From positions 3,072 through 67,071 of the IMG/VR virus record IMGVR_UViG_2731639221_000003: 64,000 nt of DNA; one strand, 5' to 3'. This DNA is from a virus. Below are positions 1 through 8,453 of this stretch, piece after piece. The first letter of the stretch is position 1. Each line of letters begins with the position of its first letter. A program made the translations under genes and the position numbers. The notes under the pieces were generated by a model, which saw nothing but the letters and a program-made list of their open reading frames with translations, did no database searches and had not been told where the DNA came from.

Positions 1-35
1 TTTTTACGAAAAGTCATTGGTTTTTACGAAAAGTC
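1..35. repeat. 15-bp direct repeat TTTTTACGAAAAGTC (1-15, 21-35) downstream of the integrase; possible integrase arm-type or att-associated sites
   Basis: Two exact copies separated by 5 bp, about 255 bp beyond the integrase stop. Confidence 0.6.
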
Positions 36-290
36 GTTAATAATGAAATGGCATACAATTATTTCTATGATGATTGCATGCCATATTCTAGTGATATAAT
101 TAGAAGGTTGTTAAATCAAATCTATACTATTGTTGGAACAAGGTTCAATTTGCATACGATCTTTGGAATCGACAACGATATGCAGTTTTCCGTTTTGTTC
201 GTAAATAAAATATTGCCGACATCCGATAATAATTGTTAATCGGTCGGCTTGCTCGGCATCTTTAAGATCGACTTGATAATTCATATTAAT

Positions 291-1193
291 TCAATTTTGG
301 GGTCTAGGTTTAAAAAAAGATTTATCAGACATAAACCTTGCATTATCACTCTTTTGTATTCTTATATACTTAAAAAATGATTCTTGTGTTGTATGTCCTG
401 TAAGAAGCATTATCCTATACAATGGAATATTCTCAGGTTGAGAAGCAAAATATAGGTTTGTTGCAAAAGTTCGCCTCCCAGTATGGGGAGTAATTAGTTC
501 ATACAAAGAATATACACGTTTATATAATCTTTCCCCTCTTGTTTTTTCTACTGTAATTGGCTTTGTTAAATTAGCTTTTAAACATATCCTTCGTAATGTT
601 AACCCAAATGATTGTTGTGACGGACTTTGAGGTAGCTTATATTTGTATTTTTCTAATATGTTTCTTACAACTGGATGTATTGGTATTTCAACTATATAAT
701 TTGTTTTCTGGGTTCGAACCACTATATTAGTACCTATTATATTAGGGCTTCTAAGATTGATTGTATCGCTAAAACGAAGTCCAGTATAGCACATTAAGAC
801 AAAATAGTCTCTTACGACTTCCGCTTTAGGAGATAATCTTTTCACGTCAATTATGGCTTTTATCTCTTTTTCAGAAAGAGCAATCGTCTCAGGAGCTTCC
901 CCCTTTACAATAATCGACTGGTAGCCAGAATCAATTTTAAATTCACGACTTGCTTTATTTAGTATAGTTTGAAGTATTTGAAACTTACATCTGATAGTAT
1001 TTGGACGGTATTTTTTTGGATGTTGCCTAAGAAATTCGACAAAATTCTCAGTGGTATGTTCGGTAAAATCAGAAACTTTTAGGTTTTTATTAAATTTTAT
1101 TATTAATTCCTTAGTAACTCTGAGTCTATTTTTATACCTATCGCCACGCAGAGTTGTAGCTATTAATTTATCAATAAATTCTGTTATTTTCAT
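291..1193 (-). CDS. int: Tyrosine recombinase / phage integrase (Bacteroidetes type, SAM-like plus catalytic domain)
   Basis: Catalytic motifs GLRFSD (R), RTQKT (K), HTGRR (HxxR), LTGH and YIR (Y); 300 aa. Confidence 0.92.
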   Translation of the reverse strand: MKITEFIDKLIATTLRGDRYKNRLRVTKELIIKFNKNLKVSDFTEHTTENFVEFLRQHPKKYRPNTIRCKFQILQTILNKASREFKIDSGYQSIIVKGEAPETIALSEKEIKAIIDVKRLSPKAEVVRDYFVLMCYTGLRFSDTINLRSPNIIGTNIVVRTQKTNYIVEIPIHPVVRNILEKYKYKLPQSPSQQSFGLTLRRICLKANLTKPITVEKTRGERLYKRVYSLYELITPHTGRRTFATNLYFASQPENIPLYRIMLLTGHTTQESFFKYIRIQKSDNARFMSDKSFFKPRPQN

Positions 1194-1204
1194 ATTATTT
1201 GTTT

Positions 1205-1432
1205 TTAGTTATACCGAAATGCGTTTAATTCAGATGCTTTTTTTCCGTATTTTGCTTTACAAAGGGCATCTGCATATTTTTCAGAACACCATTCACAAAA
1301 TAAATTGTTACTGTCGGCTATATAGAATCGTGTTTTTGCATTTATTCGTATTACACCATTGTAGCCTCGAATAATCTTTGTAATTATCCAATTGTCGCTA
1401 TTTATAACTGCTTTGATTGATATTTTTTTCAT
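1205..1432 (-). CDS. Hypothetical early protein (start re-assigned to MKKISIK at 1432)
   Basis: ATG at 1432 directly follows the ACCTCCGACAA motif. Confidence 0.65.
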   Translation of the reverse strand: MKKISIKAVINSDNWIITKIIRGYNGVIRINAKTRFYIADSNNLFCEWCSEKYADALCKAKYGKKASELNAFRYN

Positions 1433-1443
1433 TTGTCGGAGGT
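1433..1443 (-). promoter_or_regulatory. Start-associated motif ACCTCCGACAA
   Basis: Minus strand reads AAACCTCCGACAA-ATG. Confidence 0.8.
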
Positions 1444-1476
1444 TTAATTTGATTTTTGATTGATTTACTCGGCTGC

Positions 1477-1692
1477 TTATAATAAGATGCACCATTTACA
1501 GTTACCGTCTTTGGTTATCCATGTTTCGGTATAAGATACTTCTTTACGCCAACCGTTGAGATACCAGACGTATGATGTTTTGGCTTGAATTGCATCGGAA
1601 TCCATCATTATTATTTCATGTACTGTTATCTCTGTGTCGCCTCTTTCAGTCAAAAGGTCGGACACAATTCTTTTTGCTTCATTATCAGTCAT
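1477..1692 (-). CDS. Hypothetical early protein, 71 aa
   Basis: ORF preceded by the start-associated motif. Confidence 0.7.
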   Translation of the reverse strand: MTDNEAKRIVSDLLTERGDTEITVHEIIMMDSDAIQAKTSYVWYLNGWRKEVSYTETWITKDGNCKWCILL

Positions 1693-1704
1693 TTTGTCGG
1701 AGGT
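1693..1704 (-). promoter_or_regulatory. Start-associated motif ACCTCCGACAAA
   Basis: AAAACCTCCGACAAA-ATG. Confidence 0.8.
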
Positions 1705-1731
1705 TTTAATTAATAAATTTGGTTGAAAAAA

Positions 1732-2541
1732 TTATAATTTGTTTAATTCCTTATTTGTTGCTGTAATTACCAACAATCCTGCTTCTAACACTGAACCAGA
1801 GACATCAATAAGGCTGTTCATGCGATTTATAAATTTGTCTCCTTCGCCGTGTTGGTTTAGTGGATCACAGGTAACTAATTCGGGCATAAATATCTTTATA
1901 TCGCAGCATTTGCCGATAGCTCTTACATATTCGGTGTCGCCTCTCCTTTTGGCTACCATTTTACCGTATTGGATCGCTTCTTTCCTTTTGTCGGCAGGGA
2001 AATATGAAGTGTTCGAGATATTAGAGTTATACCAATTTTCGACAAACATCGCTGTACCACCGTGATTGTGACCTAATCCGAAGGTATTTACTACATATCG
2101 GGGTTCGCCTACTGTGGTGTAGGTGTGTTTGCCGATAATGAGGTAGTTGTTGGGCTTTTCTTGAAAGTTTCGTAACTGACATTCTTTGGTGTGTACTTCG
2201 TCGCCTTCTCGTATGATTCGGTTGCCAGTCCAATATGGGAGGTTTTCGGCTGCATTACGAACTTCCTTTATCAGTGCCTTCATAGGATTTAAACCTGATT
2301 TACCACAATTTCTTTCACTCTGCTTTATCTTTCTCCATAGTTGTCCGTTGTGGTAGAAGTAGGTTTCCCTGCAATTATACTTTTTTACTTTGAAAGCAAT
2401 TTGTACCTCACTGTATTCTAGCTTTTGGAGGTTTACAGTAATGGTTTCCTGTTCTACTTTGGTTCTTTGTAGTTTATGTTTACTACTCGGAAAGTAGGCT
2501 GTCTCGTATTTGAGATTAACTTGTATTTGAATATTTTCCAT
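1732..2541 (-). CDS. Conserved-looking mobile-element protein of unknown function (start re-assigned to MENIQ at 2541)
   Basis: Long ORF with motif TFGLGHNHGGTAMFVENWYNSNIS; start-associated motif precedes 2541. Confidence 0.75.
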   Translation of the reverse strand: MENIQIQVNLKYETAYFPSSKHKLQRTKVEQETITVNLQKLEYSEVQIAFKVKKYNCRETYFYHNGQLWRKIKQSERNCGKSGLNPMKALIKEVRNAAENLPYWTGNRIIREGDEVHTKECQLRNFQEKPNNYLIIGKHTYTTVGEPRYVVNTFGLGHNHGGTAMFVENWYNSNISNTSYFPADKRKEAIQYGKMVAKRRGDTEYVRAIGKCCDIKIFMPELVTCDPLNQHGEGDKFINRMNSLIDVSGSVLEAGLLVITATNKELNKL

Positions 2542-2553
2542 TTGGTCGGAGGT
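2542..2553 (-). promoter_or_regulatory. Start-associated motif variant ACCTCCGACCAA
   Basis: AAAACCTCCGACCAA-ATG. Confidence 0.75.
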
Positions 2554-2566
2554 TTTATGTTTCAGA

Positions 2567-3064
2567 TTAATAGTCTTGGTCGGATTCTTGCGAATGTTCA
2601 AAATAGATTTCGGGTTCGGACGTTACGTTATAGATATAGTTCCCGAATTGTACCAGTAATGCACCTTTGCCGTAAAATTGTTTTTTCATTCCTTCGGGGC
2701 TTCCCGTTGCACTGAAATTAGCAAAGGGGGATAAGTCTATATTGCTTTCCGCTAAGTGGCGTAAAGGGCGTTTTTTTGCATCCCTTGCATACGGATTGAT
2801 ATAAGATAGTTTGTCTGTTATTTGACAAAGGGTTTCAAAGTCCATAACTGATAAATCATATTGCAATCCGTTTTGGTCGATTAATAATAACTTTCCGTGC
2901 AGATAACATATTTCATCATAAATTGAAGTGTCGGATTTGATTTTCAAACATGGCTCGCTCACATATTCTGACGGTTCGCCTATCCAGTTGGTAAGTTTCT
3001 CCAGTCGGTTTTCTACTTGTTCAAATAGTTCGTTGTATCGCTCGTTGAATGTTTTTGTTTCCAT
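2567..3064 (-). CDS. Two-domain hypothetical protein; N-terminal half paralogous to 14419..14703
   Basis: Shared pattern MET...EL...SE...CLKIK...DEI...FE.LC.I.D.LS; distinct C-terminal block SATGSPEGMKKQFYGKGALLV. Confidence 0.75.
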   Translation of the reverse strand: METKTFNERYNELFEQVENRLEKLTNWIGEPSEYVSEPCLKIKSDTSIYDEICYLHGKLLLIDQNGLQYDLSVMDFETLCQITDKLSYINPYARDAKKRPLRHLAESNIDLSPFANFSATGSPEGMKKQFYGKGALLVQFGNYIYNVTSEPEIYFEHSQESDQDY

Positions 3065-3092
3065 AATTCTGGTCGGGGATTATTAAATTGTT

Positions 3093-3272
3093 TTATTTCT
3101 CGGCTTCGTTATAATAGATTGTTAAAGTCCAGCCTTTAGTAGATTCAGATTGTAGAATTTTCATAATAACACATCGTCCGTCTGTTGTATTATCAGTAAG
3201 CCATTCGTTTACACTATTTTCAAGTTTCTCTACTTCGTTGTGAGTGAATATTTTAATTTTCTGTTTATACAT
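3093..3272 (-). CDS. Small hypothetical protein, 59 aa (MYKQKIKIFTHNEVEKLENSVNEWL...), not in the ORF track
   Basis: Manually translated open frame filling the gap between co-oriented genes. Confidence 0.55.
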   Translation of the reverse strand: MYKQKIKIFTHNEVEKLENSVNEWLTDNTTDGRCVIMKILQSESTKGWTLTIYYNEAEK

Positions 3273-3275
3273 GAT

Positions 3276-4085
3276 TCATTTTTTTAGTTGATTTTTCGCT
3301 TCCCTAAATTCGTTTTTACTGTCCTCAAATTTTGCTGCTACTGCTTCACAAATGGCTTCCAGTTGTGCAGTAGTAGCTTCTTTAATCCATTCGTAATTTT
3401 GATATACAGGTGTTTGCGTGATTTCCCCGTTCTGTAAGTCAATGGCAATTGACATTATTTCTGTACCAAAATCGGCAATGATGGCTACATACTGAAAATT
3501 GAGTTCTAGTGCCAGAATATCGACTGTTACGGGTTCGAGGTCTGCACTTTCCCATGTGGTGCAAATCTGATTATCTTGAAAATTGACACGGTATAATTGT
3601 GTCATAGTTAAGTTGTAGCCATCTTTTTGGAGTTTTTCTTCTACAAAATGACGGGGATTTATTACAGTGTAACCACCTTCAAAAACGATATTATTATCTT
3701 GAACTACATATCTAGTCAGCTTTTGAAGGGTAAAACTTTGCATTGCTTTTTCGCCTCCAAAATAAAGATGTGCTGTGTCGATGGTGTCAATTGCGTTCGA
3801 TACGTCCAGTTTGTTCATGTTGCGAGTGTTCCAATAGTCGTACCCTGCCATTTTGCAAATTTCCCTGAGCTTAATTGTCTTGTAATCTGCTTGGCAAATG
3901 AAGTATTTATATGCTTCGGTTCTCAACTCTTTGTCTGACTTGCTATTCTGGTCGATTGCATCAAGTATTTGGTAACTCAATTCTTTGTATTCAACTTCAT
4001 AATCCTTACTTTGGATATAGTTGATTACTGCCTGACGGAATTTTTCGGATTCCGTCAGGTATTGTTTGTAGGTTAGATTTTTCAT
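3276..4085 (-). CDS. Hypothetical protein, 269 aa
   Basis: Long ORF in the co-oriented array. Confidence 0.7.
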   Translation of the reverse strand: MKNLTYKQYLTESEKFRQAVINYIQSKDYEVEYKELSYQILDAIDQNSKSDKELRTEAYKYFICQADYKTIKLREICKMAGYDYWNTRNMNKLDVSNAIDTIDTAHLYFGGEKAMQSFTLQKLTRYVVQDNNIVFEGGYTVINPRHFVEEKLQKDGYNLTMTQLYRVNFQDNQICTTWESADLEPVTVDILALELNFQYVAIIADFGTEIMSIAIDLQNGEITQTPVYQNYEWIKEATTAQLEAICEAVAAKFEDSKNEFREAKNQLKK

Positions 4086-4088
4086 TGT

Positions 4089-4975
4089 CTATACTGAATA
4101 ATTGGTTAATAAATCTTTTATTTTCCATTCTGCGGAGGGGTAGGCTTGCCAACATTCGTTGTTGGGCGACCATCGGAAACCGCTACTTTTGAGGGCTGTT
4201 CTCATTTTCTCGTCAGGTTTTGAGGGGAAAAACAATTTTATCCGATTTTCGGCAATGTCTTTTTCGACTGTTACCCCGTTGATGGTATAGGATTCGTTTT
4301 CTTTCCCTTCGGCATCGAGGCGTTTTTGCAGTTCGGCGATTCGGGCTTCTGTATTTTTGATTTTGGCATTGTTATTAGATAATTGCCATGTCTGAAACCC
4401 TTTTTTCTCATAAGAATATGTCGGATTGAGAAGTATATAAGCAGTTGCTTTTGAAATACCGAAGTTTGTCAATTCGTCAGAAACTTCTTCCTCTGTTAGT
4501 TTTTTGTTACGAACAACTTTGTTTATGGCTTTCATTGTCTCTTGCCATTCTTTTAGCTCGGACAATTTTTCTTCCTGTTCTTCGATCTCTGAACTAAGGG
4601 AGTAGTTTTTCTTTTTCTCCCATCGTTTTACTCTTTGGGTAATATTCTCACGCCATTCTGAAAACCTTTTATAATGATTGTCAGCCCAACGATTCAATTT
4701 TTCCATTCTTCGGACAGGGAAGTTTGATGCACCCGAAATAAACGATGAATAAATGGGTGTCTGTGAACCGAGCCATGCACGATATAGTGAAATGTATTTA
4801 GTTGTTACCCAATCATGGTATTCGGTAGGGATTTGTGACAGTAGATTTTTGACAGTAGATTTTTGAGGTCGTTCGAGTAATCGTTTATATTTCGTTCTGC
4901 GGTTGCCTCTGGGTTTGAATAAATGCCACTGCAAGCTCTTACTGCTAGGTCTTTTAAATCTCTAATTTCTTTCAT
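4089..4975 (-). pseudogene. Mobile-element protein (resembles DUF3560-type C-terminal region) frameshifted by a 14-bp tandem duplication
   Basis: ATG at 4975 follows the start motif; removing one copy of GACAGTAGATTTTT (4837-4850, 4851-4864) joins MKEIRDLK...NDL to KNLLSQIPTEYHDW...GFRWSP in frame. Confidence 0.75.
4837..4864. repeat. 14-bp perfect tandem duplication
   Basis: GACAGTAGATTTTT twice. Confidence 0.95.
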
Positions 4976-4987
4976 TTTGTCGGAGGT
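4976..4987 (-). promoter_or_regulatory. Start-associated motif ACCTCCGACAAA
   Basis: AAAAACCTCCGACAAA-ATG. Confidence 0.8.
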
Positions 4988-4997
4988 TTTTATATGA

Positions 4998-5498
4998 TTA
5001 TTTAGTAATATTTTGAAATGAAATAGTTTGATGCTTTGCCCGTAGGGAATGGATAAGCATTTCGATGTCGAAATCGGGTTTTATTTTTTCGCTATCGTTC
5101 CAGATGATTTTTTCTCCTGAATAAAAATATGTTTCTATCCATCTGCCAGAAGATATAATTTCAAATGTCATGGATGATACTCTTTGAAGTTGTTTGATTT
5201 GTTCGGAATAGTAGTGCAATAGATTTTTAACTTTTGGAAGGCTCTTTTTAGCTTTTTCAAATTCGGCAATACTTTTCCCTTCTAAGAGTGCATTATTCAA
5301 AAGAAACGTCTCTAAACAATCGAAACCGATGCTATATGTTTTATTATCCTTTTCTCCTTTTACGATTGCAATGTTTGCAAGCGGTTTGAAGCAATTTTGA
5401 CAACAATGCCCTAAACTTTCGAGTATGGGGATATAAAATTTATCCATTAATGTGTAGGTCTGTTCAAGAGACATATTACGTTCTATTATCTTTTTCAT
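4998..5498 (-). CDS. Hypothetical protein with a Cys cluster (CQNC...GFDC); start re-assigned to MKKIIER at 5498
   Basis: Start motif at 5499-5510; possible zinc-binding Cys residues. Confidence 0.7.
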   Translation of the reverse strand: MKKIIERNMSLEQTYTLMDKFYIPILESLGHCCQNCFKPLANIAIVKGEKDNKTYSIGFDCLETFLLNNALLEGKSIAEFEKAKKSLPKVKNLLHYYSEQIKQLQRVSSMTFEIISSGRWIETYFYSGEKIIWNDSEKIKPDFDIEMLIHSLRAKHQTISFQNITK

Positions 5499-5510
5499 TT
5501 TGTCGGAGGT
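5499..5510 (-). promoter_or_regulatory. Start-associated motif ACCTCCGACAAA
   Basis: ATAATACCTCCGACAAA-ATG. Confidence 0.8.
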
Positions 5511-5608
5511 ATTATATAAGAATATCCAGACGGTTGAACGGCAAGCGATCTCTACGGGTAGCAATTTTAAATCGTCCGTTTTGTCTATGATTATTCTTTC
5601 AGGTTTAA

Positions 5609-5995
5609 TTATTTGTTTTCTTTTTTCGGATAGTCGGCTAAATGTTCTCTTATTTCACTTTTAGAAATGGTTCGGATAACTAAGCCTGTTTTTCGGTGTT
5701 TGATAAGGGTTGTTTTGTACAAGTCCTCAAAATCGCCTGTATTATAACTATCGCCTGCGATTGCTTTGCATTGGTTGGATAATGGGCTTTCGGTGCTGAT
5801 TAGCAGTGTACAGTCGGGTTTGATGATATTTTCTTCCGAAAAACTTTTGTCTCTATCTTCAATAGCTATTTCTTCTTCGTTATATTCTCCGTATAATGAG
5901 CCGTCTATATATAACTGAAACTTTTTCCAAAAAGGGTTATATATTACGTCTGCTTTTATAATACCGTCTTGGGTATTGACAAATATTGCATTCAT
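5609..5995 (-). CDS. Hypothetical protein, 128 aa
   Basis: ORF in the co-oriented array. Confidence 0.65.
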   Translation of the reverse strand: MNAIFVNTQDGIIKADVIYNPFWKKFQLYIDGSLYGEYNEEEIAIEDRDKSFSEENIIKPDCTLLISTESPLSNQCKAIAGDSYNTGDFEDLYKTTLIKHRKTGLVIRTISKSEIREHLADYPKKENK

Positions 5996-6007
5996 ATTTT
6001 TTTAATT

Positions 6008-6050
6008 TATTATGTAAATAATTACAGCGAAGGTTTTTATGCTTCGCCGT
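6008..6050. other. Intergenic hairpin GCGAAG-N9-CTTCGC
   Basis: Inverted repeat at about 6027-6047 between two genes. Confidence 0.35.
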
Positions 6051-6062
6051 TCGGGTCGGGTG

Positions 6063-6374
6063 TTAATCGAAACAGGTTATTCGTTGTACGCCTCTTTCGT
6101 GGATAGGGTTGATAAATTTTATTCCTTCGTAATGGAGAAAGCCACCATCGTTCAGGATGCTTTTTAAGGCATCATAACCGCCTCTGGGGGTATAGGGTGT
6201 ATTATCGTTTTCGTAGGCTAAATATCCCTTTCCTTCGATATAAAAACAGCAACCTATAACGGATGCAGCTTGTTTGTCGGAACATTGAAATTTATAATCG
6301 TGGTCTATCTGTACTATTTCGAGTTGGTTGTTCAGTTCGATTGTTACGGAGGTACGTTCATCTGTATTTTTCAT
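6063..6374 (-). CDS. Hypothetical protein, 103 aa
   Basis: Start overlaps the upstream stop (ATGA coupling at 6371-6374). Confidence 0.7.
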   Translation of the reverse strand: MKNTDERTSVTIELNNQLEIVQIDHDYKFQCSDKQAASVIGCCFYIEGKGYLAYENDNTPYTPRGGYDALKSILNDGGFLHYEGIKFINPIHERGVQRITCFD

Positions 6375-7270
6375 GCTATTTTAATTTTCAATAGTTTATT
6401 AATAGATTCTTTATGCTTCTTTTTAGAGAATATCCACCCTTCGCCACATTTGAGGTGCTTGTTGAATTTTCCTCCCAAGTTTCCCAATTGTTCTTTGATA
6501 GGTTTGGTTTCTCCTATCAGTGCAAAGGCTTTTTCGGAATAGTCAATAATTTGTATATCCAGATTTTCGGGTATGGCTTTTTGTTCGGGTTGTTCGGTTG
6601 GCTTTTGTGGTCGTTCGGCTTTTATTCTTGCTTGTTTTTCAACAACTTTAAAAGGTTTATCCCATTTACCGATTGACATTCCATTATAGAAATTTGTATG
6701 GAAATAGTCGATTTGTGCATCACTATCATTAAAGTTGTATGTTTGGGCGAAATCGAAAGCATCTTGTAATATCTCCCTGCATAGCTCGGTCAGTCTGTCG
6801 TCTTTGCTGATATGGTAGTAATTGACATCGAAATTGAGGGTATTTTCATTGTAATATTTCTTTTGGCAATCGTCTAAATTGTCATATACAATAACGTCCT
6901 GCGGTGCTTCCAATAATGCTATATCGAGGCTGTTGTAGTCGGGTGCAGTTATTGAAAATTTATAGGTCGGATATTTTTCTTTTAAATATTCACGGACAAT
7001 TTTTGCTATGTCCTTAGTCCTTAAATTTGAATTGTAGTTGTCACCCTTCCATCCCCACGCCGTGTAAAATTCGCTACGGGTGCTTTGTGCGGTTTCGTTG
7101 GTTTTCACGCTCAATTTACTTTTCCAGATCGAGAAAAGTATATCGTATTCGTTGTTTATTTCTTGCATGGTTTCTGTTTTGCCCCCTTTGTCGGGATGGT
7201 TCGCCAGTGCAAGTTTTTTATATTGGCTTTTTAAGTCCTCTAATGAGGTTATGTTACTGAAATGTTTCAT
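6371..7270 (-). CDS. DnaJ J-domain plus LPD29-like polyvalent protein
   Basis: N-terminal LKSQYKKLALANHPDKGG (HPD motif); DIAKIVREYLKEKYPTYKFSIT resembles LPD29; extra C-terminal domain DYSEKAFALIGETKPIKEQL. Confidence 0.75.
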   Translation of the reverse strand: MKHFSNITSLEDLKSQYKKLALANHPDKGGKTETMQEINNEYDILFSIWKSKLSVKTNETAQSTRSEFYTAWGWKGDNYNSNLRTKDIAKIVREYLKEKYPTYKFSITAPDYNSLDIALLEAPQDVIVYDNLDDCQKKYYNENTLNFDVNYYHISKDDRLTELCREILQDAFDFAQTYNFNDSDAQIDYFHTNFYNGMSIGKWDKPFKVVEKQARIKAERPQKPTEQPEQKAIPENLDIQIIDYSEKAFALIGETKPIKEQLGNLGGKFNKHLKCGEGWIFSKKKHKESINKLLKIKIA

Positions 7271-7295
7271 ATCTTTGTTTTGTTAATTGATTTCT

Positions 7296-7307
7296 TTTGT
7301 CGGAGGT
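7296..7307 (-). promoter_or_regulatory. ACCTCCGACAAA motif 25 nt upstream of the J-domain gene start
   Basis: CTAACCTCCGACAAAAG. Confidence 0.7.
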
Positions 7308-7319
7308 TAGTTAATGTTT

Positions 7320-7355
7320 AGGGTGCGTGAATCTTTTGTCGGAGGTACGCACCCT
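7320..7355 (-). promoter_or_regulatory. Hairpin AGGGTGCGT/ACGCACCCT with the ACCTCCGACAAA motif in its loop
   Basis: 9-bp perfect inverted repeat (7320-7328, 7347-7355) enclosing the motif at 7335-7346. Confidence 0.7.
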
Positions 7356-7361
7356 TCTTTA

Positions 7362-7652
7362 TTAGTTGTTTATTGCTTCAAAACGAAATCTTTTCCCTTT
7401 TTTTATTACTCTGAAATTGCTTTTCGTTCCTAAGACTTGCCATTCGGTAGGGCTTATTTCTTTTAGTTCTTTTTCACTATAAAAATATTGTTCGAGACAT
7501 ATTTTTATACCGTCCAAAGTTGGAGAAGATGCGAGTAGGATTGTAACCTTTTTAGGTGGGAACAGTTTATCAAATTCGTTTTTAAATTCTTCATCTTCGT
7601 TGTAGATTCTTTCAATTTCATCTACTATCATTTTATCTATTTTGGTACTCAT
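7362..7652 (-). CDS. Hypothetical protein, 96 aa
   Basis: ORF in the array; start overlaps the upstream stop. Confidence 0.7.
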   Translation of the reverse strand: MSTKIDKMIVDEIERIYNEDEEFKNEFDKLFPPKKVTILLASSPTLDGIKICLEQYFYSEKELKEISPTEWQVLGTKSNFRVIKKGKRFRFEAINN

Positions 7653-7930
7653 TTGATTATGTTTTTAAATTGTTCATCATTGAATATATTTTCTAATTCT
7701 GCATTTATTGCAGCCTGTGAGGTTTCTTTGATTGTCGCTTTGCTTATTGGTGGTAACATGATGCAAACGGCTTTAAATACGATTTCTTCTCTTTGTGCGA
7801 CATTGTTTCGAGCGTTGCAAAATGCTACGTTTTCATTTTCAGCGTCCACTATTTCGGTTGCATTTTTCTGTACGGTCACATTGTTTGGATAATCTACCGT
7901 ATATGGAAAGGATATTTCAAATTTTTTCAT
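7649..7930 (-). CDS. Hypothetical protein, 93 aa
   Basis: Preceded by motif variant AACTCCGACAA (7931-7941). Confidence 0.7.
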   Translation of the reverse strand: MKKFEISFPYTVDYPNNVTVQKNATEIVDAENENVAFCNARNNVAQREEIVFKAVCIMLPPISKATIKETSQAAINAELENIFNDEQFKNIIK

Positions 7931-7945
7931 TTGTCGGAGTTTTTG

Positions 7946-8218
7946 TTATTTACCATCTACAATGTCACCGCAAGCAATCCAAAGAATACGCTGTATATTT
8001 TCATCATGGCTGTTTAGTTCTTTGTCGTCCCAAGCTCCATAATCATAGAGTTCGTTCTTTAGTTGTTCGGGGTCAATTTTCTTTAGTTGCCGTTTTATTT
8101 CGGGTAATTCGCTGATTCGTTTTATATCTTCGGAACAGTCGCCAGCGTGAAAACCAATTGCAGCCAGTTTTTTAGTGATATTCAGACATTCTCTGATATA
8201 GTTGAATGATACTATCAT
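7946..8218 (-). CDS. Hypothetical phage protein, 90 aa
   Basis: Conserved-looking block RQLKKIDPEQLKNELYDYGAWDDKEL...RILWIACG. Confidence 0.7.
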   Translation of the reverse strand: MIVSFNYIRECLNITKKLAAIGFHAGDCSEDIKRISELPEIKRQLKKIDPEQLKNELYDYGAWDDKELNSHDENIQRILWIACGDIVDGK

Positions 8219-8222
8219 AGTA

Positions 8223-8432
8223 TTAATATTTTTTGACTGATAAACCTTTAGGACACATAGATAATGAATAGCCGTTTTTTATTAGTTCATTTATTACGGC
8301 TGCATTACTTTCATGTATCAATATTTTATACACACTACTATAATTATCTGTTATAGGTGTATTAAAAGATACTTTTATTTGATTGTTCGTTGTAAGTATC
8401 TGAACTGCTTTGTTAAAATCTTCTGTTTTCAT
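8223..8432 (-). CDS. Hypothetical protein, 69 aa
   Basis: Preceded by ACCTCCGACA (8433-8442). Confidence 0.7.
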   Translation of the reverse strand: MKTEDFNKAVQILTTNNQIKVSFNTPITDNYSSVYKILIHESNAAVINELIKNGYSLSMCPKGLSVKKY

Positions 8433-8453
8433 TGTCGGAGGTAATAAAGTTGT

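Noticed and set aside
48-239. 63-aa plus-strand ORF convergent with the integrase
   Set aside because: No recognisable motif; lies in a likely att or terminator region; cannot be supported as coding
1433-8442. The early motif as a CRISPR repeat or integron attC site
   Set aside because: Only 11-12 bp, irregular spacing with whole genes between copies, no cas genes, no attC-type palindrome
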